A stretch of DNA of 64,000 nt. Source: the human T2T-CHM13v2.0 reference genome, Homo sapiens. A program made the position numbers and the translations under genes. The DNA lies in the NCBI RefSeq assembly GCF_009914755.1, contig NC_060944.1; one strand, given 5' to 3'. Below, piece by piece: positions 1 through 12,470 of the stretch (positions are counted from its first letter, which is position 1; the number at the start of each line of letters is the position of its first letter). Under the pieces are notes generated by a model, which saw only the letters and a list, made by a program, of their open reading frames with translations, searched no databases and was not told the origin of the DNA.

Positions 1-717
1 GCTATAGAAAAGTCCTCAATACACAGCCCTCCAACTGAAGGTCTGAGGGCAAGAGAAACCGGCCTCAGGGATCCAAGGAAAATTCACCAACATCATTTAA
101 GAATAAATTGAAAGTTTTGATATAGGTTGAATTTGATCTCACTTGCAAAAATGATGAAAAAAGTCATAAATGAAAATAAAAGCCAATAGTCTATAAACAC
201 TTTAAAATCAAGACGTTCATCCCTAAAATACGAGTAGCTAAGAATTAATAAATCTATTACTATGACATATGCTACAATAAGAGTAAAATATGTATTGTAT
301 ACATTATATACTATAAATAAACATGATACAAGTCAATATTAAATAGTAACAAAATAAGTCAATCAATTAAAGGAGAAAATTAAGCAAATTCAATGCCCAT
401 TTTTTGGAAAACCAAACAAAATTGCCTTATAACATACTTGACTATTACAAAATGATTTTAAAATGTATCAACCAATGCCAGGATTTTGCAAGGTAATATT
501 TGTTAATTTAGGGGAACTTCATGTCTAGACGTTCTCCCTATTTGGGAAAATTTTCCTATTGAGTTAGTCAGTGAAAAGTTCCATCCTTTCTCCCACATCA
601 GAAATCCAGGGAATGAGATGTTCATTCCTTTTGCCGGTAGGTAGAGAGATTGCAGGTATATAGCCTAAGCTTAGCATTTTTTACACTTTTATCTAGGAAT
701 TTAAACCGTGAACCAGA

Positions 718-1022
718 GGCTGGGGCTGGGGCTCACACCTGTAATCCCAACACTTAGGGAGGCTCAGCCAGTTGGATAACTTGAGGTCAGGAATTAAAGA
801 CCAGCCTGGCCAATATGATGAAACCCCATCTCTACTAAAAACACCAAAATTAGCTGGGTGTGGTGCCGTGCGCCTGTAATTCAAGCTGCTCAAGAGGCTA
901 GGGCATGAGAATCGCTTGAATCCAGAAGGTAGAGTTTGTAGTGAGCCAAGATGGTGCCACTGCACTCCAACTTGGGGACAGAGTGAGACTCTGAAATAAA
1001 TAAATAAATAAATAAATAAACA
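718..1022 (+). mobile_element. AluS-type SINE with (TAAA)n tail
   Basis: Dimeric Alu (GGCTGGGG..CACCTGTAATCCCA..GAGGTCAGGA..CTCTACTAAAA..CACTGCACTCCA). Degenerate TSD TAAACCGTGAACCAGA (702-717) / TAAACCACGAGCAAGA (1024-1039). Confidence 0.95.
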
Positions 1023-1329
1023 ATAAACCACGAGCAAGAGACAAACAGGAAAAAAAAAAAGAATGAACAATTATTTATTTTGGAAGAAACATCTGAGATG
1101 GTAGGTAGTGTCAAAGATAGCAGTGCCCAGTGGTGGAGGTCTCAGAAATGGTATAAAAGTCAGACAAATCTTGGTTTTGCATTCTCCAAGTCTGGTTTTT
1201 TAGCCTCTGCTGACTGCTGGAACTACTTGATAATCTTCCAAAAATTACTTCTTGACTAAGGTCACCAAGGCCAGTTTTTGTGGCTTGCACCTGGACTCTT
1301 GGCTGGCACTGGGACATGCTGCTTAATGG

Positions 1330-1625
1330 TGGGAAAACAATTAATAATTCCCATTTAAGTCAGGAAAAATACAAGATTGTATATCACCATTACTATTTTT
1401 AGCATTGTCCTGGAAGTAAAATGTAATTATACAAGAAGATTATGTTTGGTTTACATATTGAAAAGAAGGCAGAAAATTTATCATTATTTGTAGACCATCC
1501 TATTATCTACCCAGAAGATCTAGGAAAAAGAGAGGAACAAACAAAATATATCATAAGCAATAAGATAATTCAGAGAGGTTGCTGGTTACAAAATTAAAAT
1601 GCAAAAATTAAAGTTCTCTAGCCAC
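1330..1625 (+). mobile_element. Ancient L1 (L1ME-like) ORF2 reverse-transcriptase fragment
   Basis: TTCCCATTTAAGTCAGGAAAAATACAAGATTGT..TCACCATTACTATTTTTAGCATTGTCCTGGAAGT is a decayed version of the L1 [24 protein letters not shown]-coding segment. Related fragments at about 340-420, 3200-3440 and 3780-4030. Confidence 0.7.
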
Positions 1626-2394
1626 ACATAGTAGCCAGCATATTTAGGACAGCAAAACAAATATACCTGTGGCCTGAGAAGATCATGTTCAGAGGTGAGC
1701 AATGCAGACACTAGTATGCTCTGTCTTATTGGGGAAGTTTCTATTGGTAAGAAATAAGAGGAGGTGATATACTGGGGGACGATCTGCTCTAACAAGCTTG
1801 AAAATATAATTGAAGTATAGATCTCATTTAAAAGAGAAACTTAGTTTTAAACTATAAGTAAACTTAATAGGATGCATAAAGTATTCTATTCTGAATAGAA
1901 TGCATAAAAGTTATATTATGTGAAAATGCAGAAGAAATAGTGGAAAGTTTGCTAGAAATAATTGTCTTAATCCTCAGGTAGCATCCTCTAGAAGCACTAA
2001 CTAACAACAAAATAAAACATAAACCTTTAAAATGGCAAGATCACCTGGACCAACTGCTGAAACTGAGTATCACTGGCACTGTAACAACCTGATGCCAACC
2101 TGAGCCAGTCTGAAGGAGACAGCATCTTCTATTAAGTGCTCTCACCAAAAATGGTGAGCCTAGCCAAGCCTTTTGACTTAACTTTAGGTTTACATGAAAT
2201 AGCGATGAGAAAGTAAAACAACTCTTTGATAAAACAATCATATATTCCGCAGGAGACTTGGCCTGGTCTTTTCAAAAGTCAATGTCATAGACAATTTTTT
2301 TTTTTAATGGTGAGAAGCCTGTTTTGTATTAAAGAGATGGGAGGCATACAACAGTGAGTAAAATGAGTGTCTTTTGATTTGATTTTTCTTTTAA

Positions 2395-2795
2395 AACAAA
2401 CCCAAATCTTCATCAATTGATGAATAACTAAATAAAATGTGGTATATATTCACACCGACTGATTCATGCTATAACATGGATGAACCTGGAAGATATTATG
2501 CTAAGTAAAAGAAGCCATACACAAAAGCTACATACTGTGTAGGATTCCATGGATAAGGAATGCTTAGAATAGGCAAATTCTTAGAGACAGTAAGTAGATT
2601 AGTGGTTGCCATGGATGAAGAAGGGGAAATGGGAGAGTCATTGCTAATGGGGATAGGATTTCCTTTTGTGTTAATGAAAATATTCTGGAATTAGAATTAG
2701 ATAGCAGTGCTGGTTACACAACTGTGCTAAAAACCGCTAAACTGTACACCTTGAAAGGTTGACATTTACAGTGTACTTCAAAATAAATAAAAAAA
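2395..2795 (+). mobile_element. L1MB-like 3' end
   Basis: AAATAAAATGTGGTATAT..CATGGATGAACCTGGAAGATATTATGCTAAGT..TAGTGGTTGCC..AATAAA plus A tail, typical of an L1MB 3'UTR. Confidence 0.8.
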
Positions 2796-2839
2796 GTAAT
2801 GAAGCTGCAAACAATAACAAAACCCAAAAGGTTTATAAA

Positions 2840-3170
2840 AGGCATTTTTAAAATATGTGGGGAAATTTGAGCATAGATTGCATAGTTAACATTAAGGAAA
2901 TTATGTAGGCGTGATAATGGTATTGTCGTTAATAGAACAATGTCTTTTTTAGGAGACACATGTTGATATATTTAGCACTTAAAGTATCATGATGCCTATA
3001 ATTTGTTCTCAAATAGTTCAGCAAAAATATAAATGAATTAAATAAAAATTCATAAATATAAATAAAACATGGCAAATAACAATATATGTATTTAAATTGT
3101 GAGTATATGGCTTATTGTTGTACTCTTAATTTAACTTTTCAATATCTTTAAATTTTTTCATGAAGAAAGG
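2840..3170 (+). mobile_element. Old L1MC/ME 3'UTR fragment
   Basis: GGGGAAATTTGAGCATAGA..GTGATAATGGTATTGT..TTAACTTTTC pattern typical of old L1 3' ends. Confidence 0.55.
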
Positions 3171-3442
3171 TTTGGAGAGTGACTGAGGTACTTAAGACAT
3201 CACTCAGGTTACTAGAAGGACACCCAGAAGGAACTGGTCATACGGAGATATCGAATCTATTGACATTATCTAGACTTTCAATGTCCTCCCTATGAGAATA
3301 CTGTCAGCACTGTTTTTAGAACTTGAGCTTATGATAGGAAAGGTCAGCTGGAGAAATAAACATGTAAAAATAGCCAGAGAAATTTTAAAAATGAGAATGA
3401 AGAAAGTGGTCACCAACCTTATGAGCTATTAAAGCATTATAT

Positions 3443-3768
3443 AGCTGGGTGTGGTGGCTTGCACCTGTAATACCAGCACTTTGGGAGGCTGAGGTGGGCA
3501 GATCACTTGAGGTCAGGAGTTAAAGACCAGACTGGCCAACATGGTGAAACCCTAACTCTACTAAAAATACAAAAATTAACCGGGCATGGTGACATGTGCC
3601 TGTAATCCCAGCTACTCGGGAGGCTGAAGCATGCATGAGAATCACTTGAACCCAGGAGGCAGAGGTTGCAGTGAGCCGAGATTGCATGACTGCACTCCAG
3701 CCTGGGGGACAGAGCAAGACTGTCTCACAGAAAAAAAAAAAAAGGAAAAGAAAAAAAGAAAAGAAAAA
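3443..3768 (+). mobile_element. AluSx/Sz-type SINE
   Basis: Full dimeric Alu with A-rich tail, inserted in an old L1 fragment. Confidence 0.95.
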
Positions 3769-4305
3769 CCACCATATAAATCAGTTTGATATCAGTGAAA
3801 ATGGTCATTTTAGAGAATAAAATAGGAAGCTCAGAAACTGACCCAAATATATGTAGTTATCGCTTATATTTAAAGGTGGTTTTAAATATCAGTAGGAGAA
3901 GGATTATGTAATAACTTGCTCTGAACCAAATGGCTAGCTGTTTGTAAAAAGCACATGTGGATCTTTTATTCCTTATTCTAAATACATTCTAGATGCTGTA
4001 AATCTTTAAGAAATGAAACCATAAAAGATTAGCCTGCAGGTAATGGTATCATAGATTGTGTTTTCATAATTGAGTAGCAAAAACAGAGATTGAAAAATCA
4101 CTACGTATCTGATATTTCCTCAGTGGAAATTGATACCATTGTTGCCATTGGGAAAACGAGTCGTGAGTCCCCAAGTTTAATGGTGCTGGGGATGTTCACT
4201 GCATTGCATTTGTTGAAGGCAGACTTTGTGGAGAAGTTTGCTGTTCTGAACATCATTGAATGAGGAACGTTACTGTTACTCCCTTGTTCAGAAAGAGAGA
4301 GAGAG

Positions 4306-4845
4306 TGTATTAGTCAGGGTTCTCTAAAGGGACAGAACTAAGAGGATAGATGAATATATGCAGGGGAGTCTATGAGGAGAATTGACTCACACAATCACAT
4401 GGTAAAGTCCCACAATAGGCCATCTGCAAGATGAGGAGCCAGGAAGCTAGTCCGATTCCCAAAACCTCAAAAGTAGAGAAGCTGATAGTGTAGCCTTCAG
4501 TCTGTGGCCGAAGGCCTGAGAGCCCCTGGCAAACCACTGGTGTAAGTCCAAGAGTCCAAAAGCTGAAGAACTTGGAGCCTGATGCTTCAGGGCAGGAAGC
4601 ATCCAGCACAGGAGACAGATGAAGACCGGAAGACTCAGCAAGTCTGCCCTTTCCGTTTTCTTCTGCCTGCTTTTATGCTGGTGGCTGATTAGGTGGTGCC
4701 CACCCAAATTGAGGGTGGGCCTGGCTCTCCCAGTCCACTGACTCAAATGTTAATCTCCTTTGGCAACACCCTCACAGACACACCCAGGAACAATACTTTG
4801 CATCCTTCAATCCAGTCAAGTTGACAGTCAATATTAACCATCACA
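4306..4845 (-). mobile_element. MLT2A2-like (HERV-L) solo LTR
   Basis: Reverse complement starts TGTGATGGTTAATATTGACTGTCAACTTGA and ends CCCTGACTAATACA. Length 540 bp. 5-bp TSD GAGAG/GAGAA. Confidence 0.9.
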
Positions 4846-5450
4846 GAGAAGGTCTCACTTTGGGCCAGGGGTAGGAAAGGGCAGCCTGTAGCTAGAGATG
4901 CTTGTCCAGATAGTTCAAGGTCAGCAGAGCTTTGTGAGCAAGTGTACGTGGTTTCAAAGGCAAAAATGAGTATCTGACACCCAGCATTTCGCAGCCTTCA
5001 AGGGACATGCTGGGGACCTGCATACTTAGGCGAGTTACAATAATAATGCCACTTTCTTACTTCTGAGTTGCACTGTGAACATGGAAATTGATCCTAAGAA
5101 TGAGCCCTCTCTATCTTTGGTTTTAGGATAAATCCAATGTTTGTTCCAAAGGTTTCTCCAAATCCTGGAGAAGCTTATATTCTCTTGTCATTTCTGTGTC
5201 GGGCAGGCTTTACTGAAAACTTGGGAAGCAGAGGGATTTTAAATGCCCAAATAATTAATTGTCCTAACCCCAAGACTTGAAAAGTCACAAAAGTCACATC
5301 CCCCTGGTTGTTTCAGGTCTCTATCCTCTGACTTTCCTTGAAACTCAACTCCTCTCTTTCCAGTATGCAGCACAGTCTAGATAGGACAGCTCCTACTCAG
5401 CCTAAGGGTGACTTTTGCACATTCCAAACCTGATGTCCTGACCAAAAAAC

Positions 5451-5500
<50 letters not shown>

Positions 5501-5512
5501 TAAGAAAGAAAG
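5451..5512. repeat. (GAAA)n tetranucleotide STR, about 15 units with one interruption
   Basis: Directly visible. Confidence 0.97.
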
Positions 5513-5789
5513 CCAGTTGCTAGCTTTTAGCAGTACCAAAAATAAAATTAGAGAAATCTTCAGAAACTTATTTTCTTTTCTTCCTGCTCCACACCCCTCC
5601 ACCCCATTCTCTGTAAGTGAAAGGGAAGGGGAGAGGGAAAAACAGGTTCATTTTTTACCACACATTAAAATTTTGCCACAAACTTTTAGGAGGCAGAATT
5701 TTTGTTTTAAATAGATTTCTTTTTCTGTATCACATCACTATTCTCATTCACACACTTAGGGTTATTGAAACGGAAATAGATACTTCTGC

Positions 5790-6245
5790 CCCAATATCCA
5801 TTCTTCCCTTCTTTCTCAAAAAGAGAAGCTCAACATTTTAGCTCAGCTTACCTACCAAGAATAAAAACATTTCTCTGGTCTACTTTAGAGTTGGGTGTTA
5901 CTGTGTGACTGTTTTCCGGCAAATGGGACAAGCTACGCAAAAACACCTTGTGACTTCGGGGGAGTACATTTAATGGAAAGGATGAGCACTAATTTGCTCC
6001 TTTCTCCATCTGCTATTTAAAACATCACTGTGATGGCTGGAGATCTAGAAGCCATCTTGGAACATGAGTTGGAGTCAGCGTGCTGATGATGACAGCATAG
6101 CACAAAAAGGACTGAGTCCTTGGGAAACCATGAAGCTGCTTGCCCTGAAATGCTTCCCTCCAGACTCTATTTTTATGGAATAGAAACAAATTCTATTTTG
6201 CTTATGTCACTGTCATGTTGCATTTTCTGTCATTTGCAACCAATT
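5790..6245 (+). mobile_element. Old MaLR LTR (MLT1J/K-like)
   Basis: GATGGCTGGAG..GCCATCTTGGAACATGAG..AAACAAATTCTATTTTGCTTATGTCACTG..TTTGCAACC motifs. Confidence 0.55.
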
Positions 6246-6439
6246 TATTAATAACTTATATGTCTTTAACTATGCTGGTTTGTTTGTTGTTTTGGCCTGC
6301 AAGTCTTTATTTTCTCACGAATACATTGTATCCTACCAAGACTCTTACAGAAAAGTAACCTCCATACTGAAGGTTGCCCTTCTTATAGCTCTAAGAGGAC
6401 ATTCATTTCCAAGCTCCTAAAGCAATTACAGTATACACA

Positions 6440-6790
6440 TCAGTAGGTGTTCAGCTGCAAGCAAGAAAATTCCTCACTCAAACTACCCGAACCAAAAAAC
6501 AACTTGGTCATAAGTTGATGTGAAATTCAGATGCCCAGCAGGTTGCTCAATTCAGTGGCTCCATTATGTCCAGATGGACCCAGGTTCTTTTCCTCTCTTT
6601 ATTCTCCCATATTCATTGTCAGCCTCAGCCTCAAGATGGTGCCCAGATGCACTTCTAGGCATCATATCTAGTCACTGTCATGTCCATAGAAGTAGAGAGA
6701 CTTTGTGTTTCTTTCACGAAACAAGGTTCCTCCAGTTGACCAAATTGGGTCACATACCAGAAACTCATTGTCAAAGATAAGGGATTATCC
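6440..6790 (-). mobile_element. Old MaLR LTR (MLT1K/L-like)
   Basis: TTCAGCTGCAAGCAAGAAAA..GGACCCAGGTTCTTTTCCTCTC..CAAGATGG..TTGACCAAATTGGGTCACAT. Confidence 0.5.
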
Positions 6791-6999
6791 CTAGAGGATC
6801 TGGAACTAGGGCAGTGACAAAGGGTTGCATATGAAGAACTAGATAAAGTCCCATCTGGATGAAATTTGGGTATCTAAGCAATTTAGGACTCTTTCAGTAA
6901 AGGATGGATGTCAGGCAGACAATCAAGGGCAGCCACCAGAAATATGAACCAACTACACAATTATATTACTTCTTGATCATTAATATAAAATCTTTATGT

Positions 7000-8170
7000 T
7001 AAGTCCAAAGATAGGAAGAGAAATACAACTCTACTTCACCTATTATTCATCTTATAAAGTAACCTTCAGTAATACAGTTGAGACCCTCTCTCTAATTGCA
7101 TCCACTTTCCCTTCCTCATACACAGATGCCTACTCTTCAATATTTAATGTTTATAATGTCTATGTATTTATATAAGAATTAAGTATATGCTTGTATCTCT
7201 AAGAAACATTTGGTATTACCTAGCAAACATAAAGATTAGCATACCCTAGGACACAGCAATTTTATTCTTAGGCACATAGTATTTTGCATGTTCTAAAAAT
7301 GTACATAAAAGCATAAAACCATTATATATTTTTTGCAACTTGTTTTTTTCTCAATATTATGTTTGTAAGACTTTGCCATATTGTTATGTGCAGCTTCAGC
7401 TTATGTATTCTCATTGCTGGCATTGTATTTCATTGTATAAATATGCCACAGTAGATTTACCCGTACCCCGGATGATGGAATTATGCTATTTCCAAATGTT
7501 TGCTATTATAAAATTCTCTTATGAACATATTGTATATATCTTCTTGATCAACATGTGCAAGAGTTTCTCCAGATATATTCCTAGGAGTAAAATTGCTAGG
7601 TCATCAGATAGATATACATTTTCAGTTTTACTAAATGCTGCCAAATTCTTCTCCAAAATGTTGGTGCCAATTTACTCACCCAGCAGCAATGAATGAGAGC
7701 TCTTGTTGCTCTGCATGTTTTCCAAAGCTTGATAGCCTCAGATTTCTCATTTTAGCCAGTTGATGGTTAGGAAATGCTACTGTACTGTTTGAATTTTCAT
7801 TTCCTGGATTAGTAGCAAGATTGAGTGTCTTTTCACATATTTACTGTTCTTTGTTGTTCTCTCTTCTGTAACTTTTCCTTTCATATACTTTATTCATTTT
7901 GCTGTTAAGTAGTTTGTCTTACTGATTTGTAGAAGTTATTTATATATTCTGGATTGTACGTTCTTCCTTTGTTACATGAGCTGCAGATATATTATTTCTG
8001 GCTGTGGCTTGCCCTTTCACTTTCTAATGGGATTATTAATGAACCGAAATTATAGATTCTGGTATATTCATGTTTTCTTTCAAAGTTTGCACTCTTTTTC
8101 ATAAGAAATCGTTTCCTGCTTTGAGGTTGAGAGACTGTTTTATTATATGTTTCCTTCTAAAGTGTTAAGG
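7000..8170 (-). mobile_element. Ancient L1ME 3' region
   Basis: TTCCAAATGTTTGCTATTATAAA..GATATATTCCTAGGAGTAAAATTGCTAGGTCA..CCAGCAGCAATGAATGAGAG match the antisense of an L1 3' region. Confidence 0.75.
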
Positions 8171-8309
8171 ATTTAAAACACCACGTTATCCTTATCTGTT
8201 ATGTTACAGAGAGTTTTTATGATTCAGTTCTAAGATTTTGATTTCTTCTTTTACTTCTAAGAAAGTTAGAATTTTAAAAAATTTACAAATATGTGGGGCT
8301 TTTATGTGG

Positions 8310-9780
8310 CTTAATTTTTTAAAAAAGTATAGTAAACATAAACATAACAAAATTTATTATCTTAACCATTTTAGGTGTATAGTTCAGTACATTTACATTG
8401 TATGCAACCATCATCACCATTTCCATAATTCTTTTTATCTAGAAAAACTGAAGCTGTTCTCATTAAACAACTCCCATTACCTAGCCTCTTACATTCTCCA
8501 TTCCCCTACTCTCCATCCCCCATTCCCTAGCCTCTTACGTTCTCCATTCTCCTTTCTGTATCTACGAATTTGACTACACTAGGTACTTCATATAAGCAGA
8601 ATCCTACAATATTTGTACTTTTGTGACTGGCTTATTTCACATAGCATAGCTGTCTTCTGGTTCATCCATGTTGTAGCACGTATCAGACTTTTCTTCCTTT
8701 TCGAAACTAAATAATAGTCCATTGTAGGGTAGAAATTTTGTCCATTCATCCGTTAGTGGACATTTGGTTGTTTCCACCAAAATGAATAAGGGCTGTTGTG
8801 AATAATGCTGCTATGAACATGGACGTACAGGCATCTGTTTGAGCCTCTGATTTCAATTTTTTGGAGCATATGCCTAAGAGTGAAGTTGCTGGATGATAAA
8901 TGGTAATTTTATTTTTAATTTTTTTAGAATCTGCCCTACTGTTTTCCATAGTGGCAACATCATTTTACGACTCCACCAACAGTGCACAAGGATTCCAATT
9001 TGTCCACATCCTCACTAATATTTGTAATTTCTGTTTAACAGTAGTCATCCTAATGTGTGTGAGGTGGCATCTCCTTGTGGTTTTGATGCGATTCTCTAAT
9101 GATTATTGATGTTGATGATTTTTTCATGTGCTTATTCATCATTTATATGACTTCCTGGGAAAAAAGCACCAAATCATGTCCTTTGACCATTTTTTAATTG
9201 GGTTGTTGAGTTGTAGGAGTTTTTTAAAAAAACATTCTGGACGGTAATTTCTGTCACGTGCATCCATGTGAAGAGACCACCAAACAGGCTTTGTGTGAAC
9301 AATAAAGCTTTTTAGTCACCTGGGTACAGACAGTCTGAGTCCAAAAAAGGAGTCAGCAAAGGGAGATGGGGTGGGGCAGTTTTTACAGGATTTGGGTAAG
9401 TAGCGGAAAGTTACAGTCAAAGGGGGTTGTTCTCTGGCGGGCAGGGGCGGGGGTCACAAGGTACTCGGTGGCAGGAACCTGCCATTTTCACTTCTTTTGT
9501 AGTTCTTCAGTTGCCTCAGGCCATCTGGATGATTACAAGGAGGCTTGGGCTCAGAGGCCTGACAATTTCTTATCAGATATAAAGTTTGCAAATATTTTCT
9601 CCCTTTTTATAGGTAACCTTTCCACTCTGTTGATTGTGTCCTTTAATGCACAGAGGTTTATTAATTCTTACGATGTTCAACTTTTTTCTCTTGTTGCCTA
9701 TGCTCTTGGTGCCATATGAAAAAAAATATATATATATATATAGCCAAATCCAATGTCTGAATCTTTTCTCTCCTTGAAGA
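8310..9780 (-). mobile_element. L1MB-like 3' region, interrupted by LTR7
   Basis: AAATTTATTATCTTAACCATTTTAGGTGTATAGTTCAGT..CATCCATGTTGTAGCA..CCACCAACAGTGCACAAGG. ORF 8746-8949(-) resembles the L1 ORF2 C-terminus (TSMFIAALFT). Confidence 0.85.
9252..9564 (-). mobile_element. HERV-H LTR7-family solo LTR (LTR7C-like), internally deleted
   Basis: Reverse complement begins TGTCAGGCCTCTGAGCCCAAGC and ends GGTCTCTTCACATGGATGCACGTGACA. Perfect 5-bp TSD ATTTC at 9247-9251 and 9565-9569. Confidence 0.93.
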
Positions 9781-9802
9781 GGCGATGGTAACAATACTTG
9801 CT

Positions 9803-10181
9803 TGCATGAGTCTGTTTGGGCTGCCGTAACACCACCACAGGCTAGATGGCTTAAACAACAGGAATGAATTTTCTCACAGTTCTAGGGGCAGGAAGTTCAA
9901 GCTCAAGGTGCCGACAGTGTTGGTTTCTTGTGAGGGCTCTCTCTTTGGCTCATAGCGGCTGCCTTCTTGCTGTGTCCTCTCATGACCTTTCCTCTGCACG
10001 TGCACATTCCTGGCACCTCTTCCTCTTTAGGAAGACACCAGTCTTTTTGGATTAGGGCCTCACCTTTCTGAGTTTATTTAACCTTAATTACCTCCTTAAA
10101 GGCCCTGTCTCCAAATGCAGTCACATTAGGGTTAGGGCTTCCATCTATCAATTTTGAGAGGACACAATTCATTTCACAGCA
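9803..10181 (-). mobile_element. MLT1A/A0 solo LTR
   Basis: GGGCTGCCGTAACA..GGCTTAAACAACAG..TTCTCACAGTTCT..CCAAATGCAGTCACATTAGGGTTAGGGCTT. Confidence 0.85.
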
Positions 10182-10379
10182 CTGACTCAAAATTCTGTGA
10201 GATAATAAAAGTGACTCATTTAGCACAGTGCTGCTATACATTTTATAGTCAATTAATGTTACCAGTGGGTATTTACACCACCACTATTATTGTTTAAGAA
10301 TACAATCAAGGGTGTGCGAAAACTGAACTGAGAAGTTCAGTATGACTAAAAGTTTATGTCACTTTTAAATGCTTGAAAC

Positions 10380-10590
10380 TCAACTTAATTCTACCTCTTA
10401 ATAGCTATGTGAACTTATGCAAATTACTTAGTTCTTCTGAAACTTAGCATCTTCCACTGTAACATGGGATAATAGCAGCAGCCTCATTTCAGGCTTTTTT
10501 GGGGGATGAGGGTGTGAATTAAATAAAATAATGCATTTAAGGTGCTAAGCACATGCCTGGCAGATAGAAATCACTAAATAAATGGTAGCC
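10380..10590 (+). mobile_element. MIR SINE
   Basis: TAGCTATGTGAACTT..CTGTAACATGGGATAATAG..TAAATAAATGGTAGC core. Confidence 0.75.
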
Positions 10591-11206
10591 ACTATAGCAC
10601 CCAAGATAGAGTGGATTTATAATAAATGAAATATCTGAGGCAACTGATAATTACATGTAGTGAAAATGACAGAGCCAGGATAGTATGAAAACTTCCAGAC
10701 ACACAGTTTATCCATTTGCCAGAGATGAGCCACTAACACAGTTTTAAACCTTCTAGGAACCATCCCAATAAAGGAAACATGAGCAGTTAAAAATTTCACA
10801 ACATCTACAAGGCAAAAACCAACCAACTATTCGTAAGAGGCACAACTATTTATGATTTTACAAATGGATAGCATTTTATACTGTGAATCCTCAAGAGGCT
10901 CTCCATCTCCTTCTGCTGTCTGGGTTCTCACCGTTGCTGGGTTCCTGACCCTCCCCAGGCTATCAAGTTCTGTGAGCTTCTTTCCATTAAGTTGCCTTTT
11001 CTGCTCAATTTAGGAAAAGTAGATTTCTCTTGCATGGAACCAAAGATACCTGTTTGATCTAAATACCATTATGGGGCACACATTTTGCCTCAACTCTGTG
11101 AGAGCTACTATCCCAGGTAATTGACATATGTTAACTTTTAATCATATAAAGTAATTACTTGAAGTAGGTACCACTGGGGCTCAGAAAAGTTACATGAAGT
11201 AAATAC

Positions 11207-11795
11207 TATTTGGGTTTGGAAAACAATGCCCTAAAGTATGGCGGTTTGGAATGCTGAATGCTTTGATCTAAAGGAGAGCCATTCTCTCTCTGACCTTCTC
11301 CCACCCCCTGTCTCTCACCCCTCTTTCCCTTTCAAAGTGCAGGGAGGGGCTTTCTCTGAAGTTCCCTTATCTGACTACAGGAAGTTCCTCCAGAGGCATG
11401 TAATTTTCATGAGCCTTCCCACTAGAATGTCATCAAACAGAGTAGATAACTCATAGGAAAGGAGACTTCTGAGGACTACTATCTGAGGGACTTTGTCAGT
11501 AGAATAAGACAGGCTATGCTCATCATGCATTTCCTCCCTTAACCCACCCATAGCTTGAGTCACCACCTCCTCACCAGAAGCCTCAAGATCCTATTTCTTT
11601 CTGTAGCTCAAAAAGCTATTTAAGCTTAACTGCCTTGCCCATCTTTAAGTCTTTTGATATTTGTCAGGCTCCTGTGTATATGCATGTTAAATCTGTGTGC
11701 CTTTTTCCTATTAACCTGTCAGCTGTCAAGTCTATACTACAGGCTCAAATTACTAAGACTTCAGAAGGTGGAAAGAAACTTCCCCTCACCCCATA
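11207..11795 (+). mobile_element. ERV1 solo LTR (MER34/MER39-like) inserted in a MIR
   Basis: GAAAACAATGCCCTAAAGTATGGCGGTTTGGAATGCTGA..CTCTCTCTGACCTTCTCC. Flanked by minus-strand MIR halves (about 11070-11205 and 11800-11930). Confidence 0.65.
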
Positions 11796-12269
11796 GTTCA
11801 GTCAACACCTGCATTTTACAGATGAGGAAATTGAAGCACAGAAAGGTTAAAAAATTGTCCAAGCTCACCCAGCTATAAGTGACAGAGCAAGCATACAAAT
11901 AATACTGTCCATGACCTTGACCACTGCCTTTCCATCCTGGAAATCAAGATCAGTGCCCCCAGGCTCTTTCTGACAACATCCCTCAATGCAGGCTTAAGGC
12001 ATCATGCCACAGCACAGTTAAGAATAAGCAGTCTTTGTGGGGAGCAAAGTGATCTGGATCAGGTGTGTGGCTGTTTATAAATCTACCTTAATCCAGGGAT
12101 ACTTCAAAGTATCTAGAGGAATGAAAGGATTTCATATCCATCATGCATTTCTAATTAAATCCTGTTTTTTTTTTTTGTCGAACATTTGAAGATGTTGAGC
12201 CGCTGAGCATTCCAAATTATACACCCCATCAAGTACCAGGGAGCCAGAGGAGAGTGAGTATTAGTGCAG

Positions 12270-12470
12270 GTCGGCCTAGTTAAAATCACAACTCCATCAT
12301 TTCCCAGCTCGGATATCTAGAAAAGGTTATTTAAGCTCCCTAATTTTCTCACCTGTAAAATAATATCTATCTTACAGGGCTGTTGTAATAATTAAATAAG
12401 AAGAAAATTTTGAGTAAGCATAGCTCCTGACAAACAGCAAGTGCCTAATGCACATGAGCTCCTGTTACTG
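12270..12470 (+). mobile_element. MIR SINE
   Basis: TTTTCTCACCTGTAAAATAATATCTATCTTACAGGGCTGTTGT core. Confidence 0.7.

Noticed and set aside
693-1070. 125-aa ORF, and similar ORFs at 3520, 40302, 48278, 55481 and 59245
   Set aside because: Translations of Alu or STR sequence.
2605-2618. GTTGCCATGGATGA X-box-like site
   Set aside because: Lies in the L1MB 3'UTR, where GTGGTTGCC is consensus, and the right half-site is poor.
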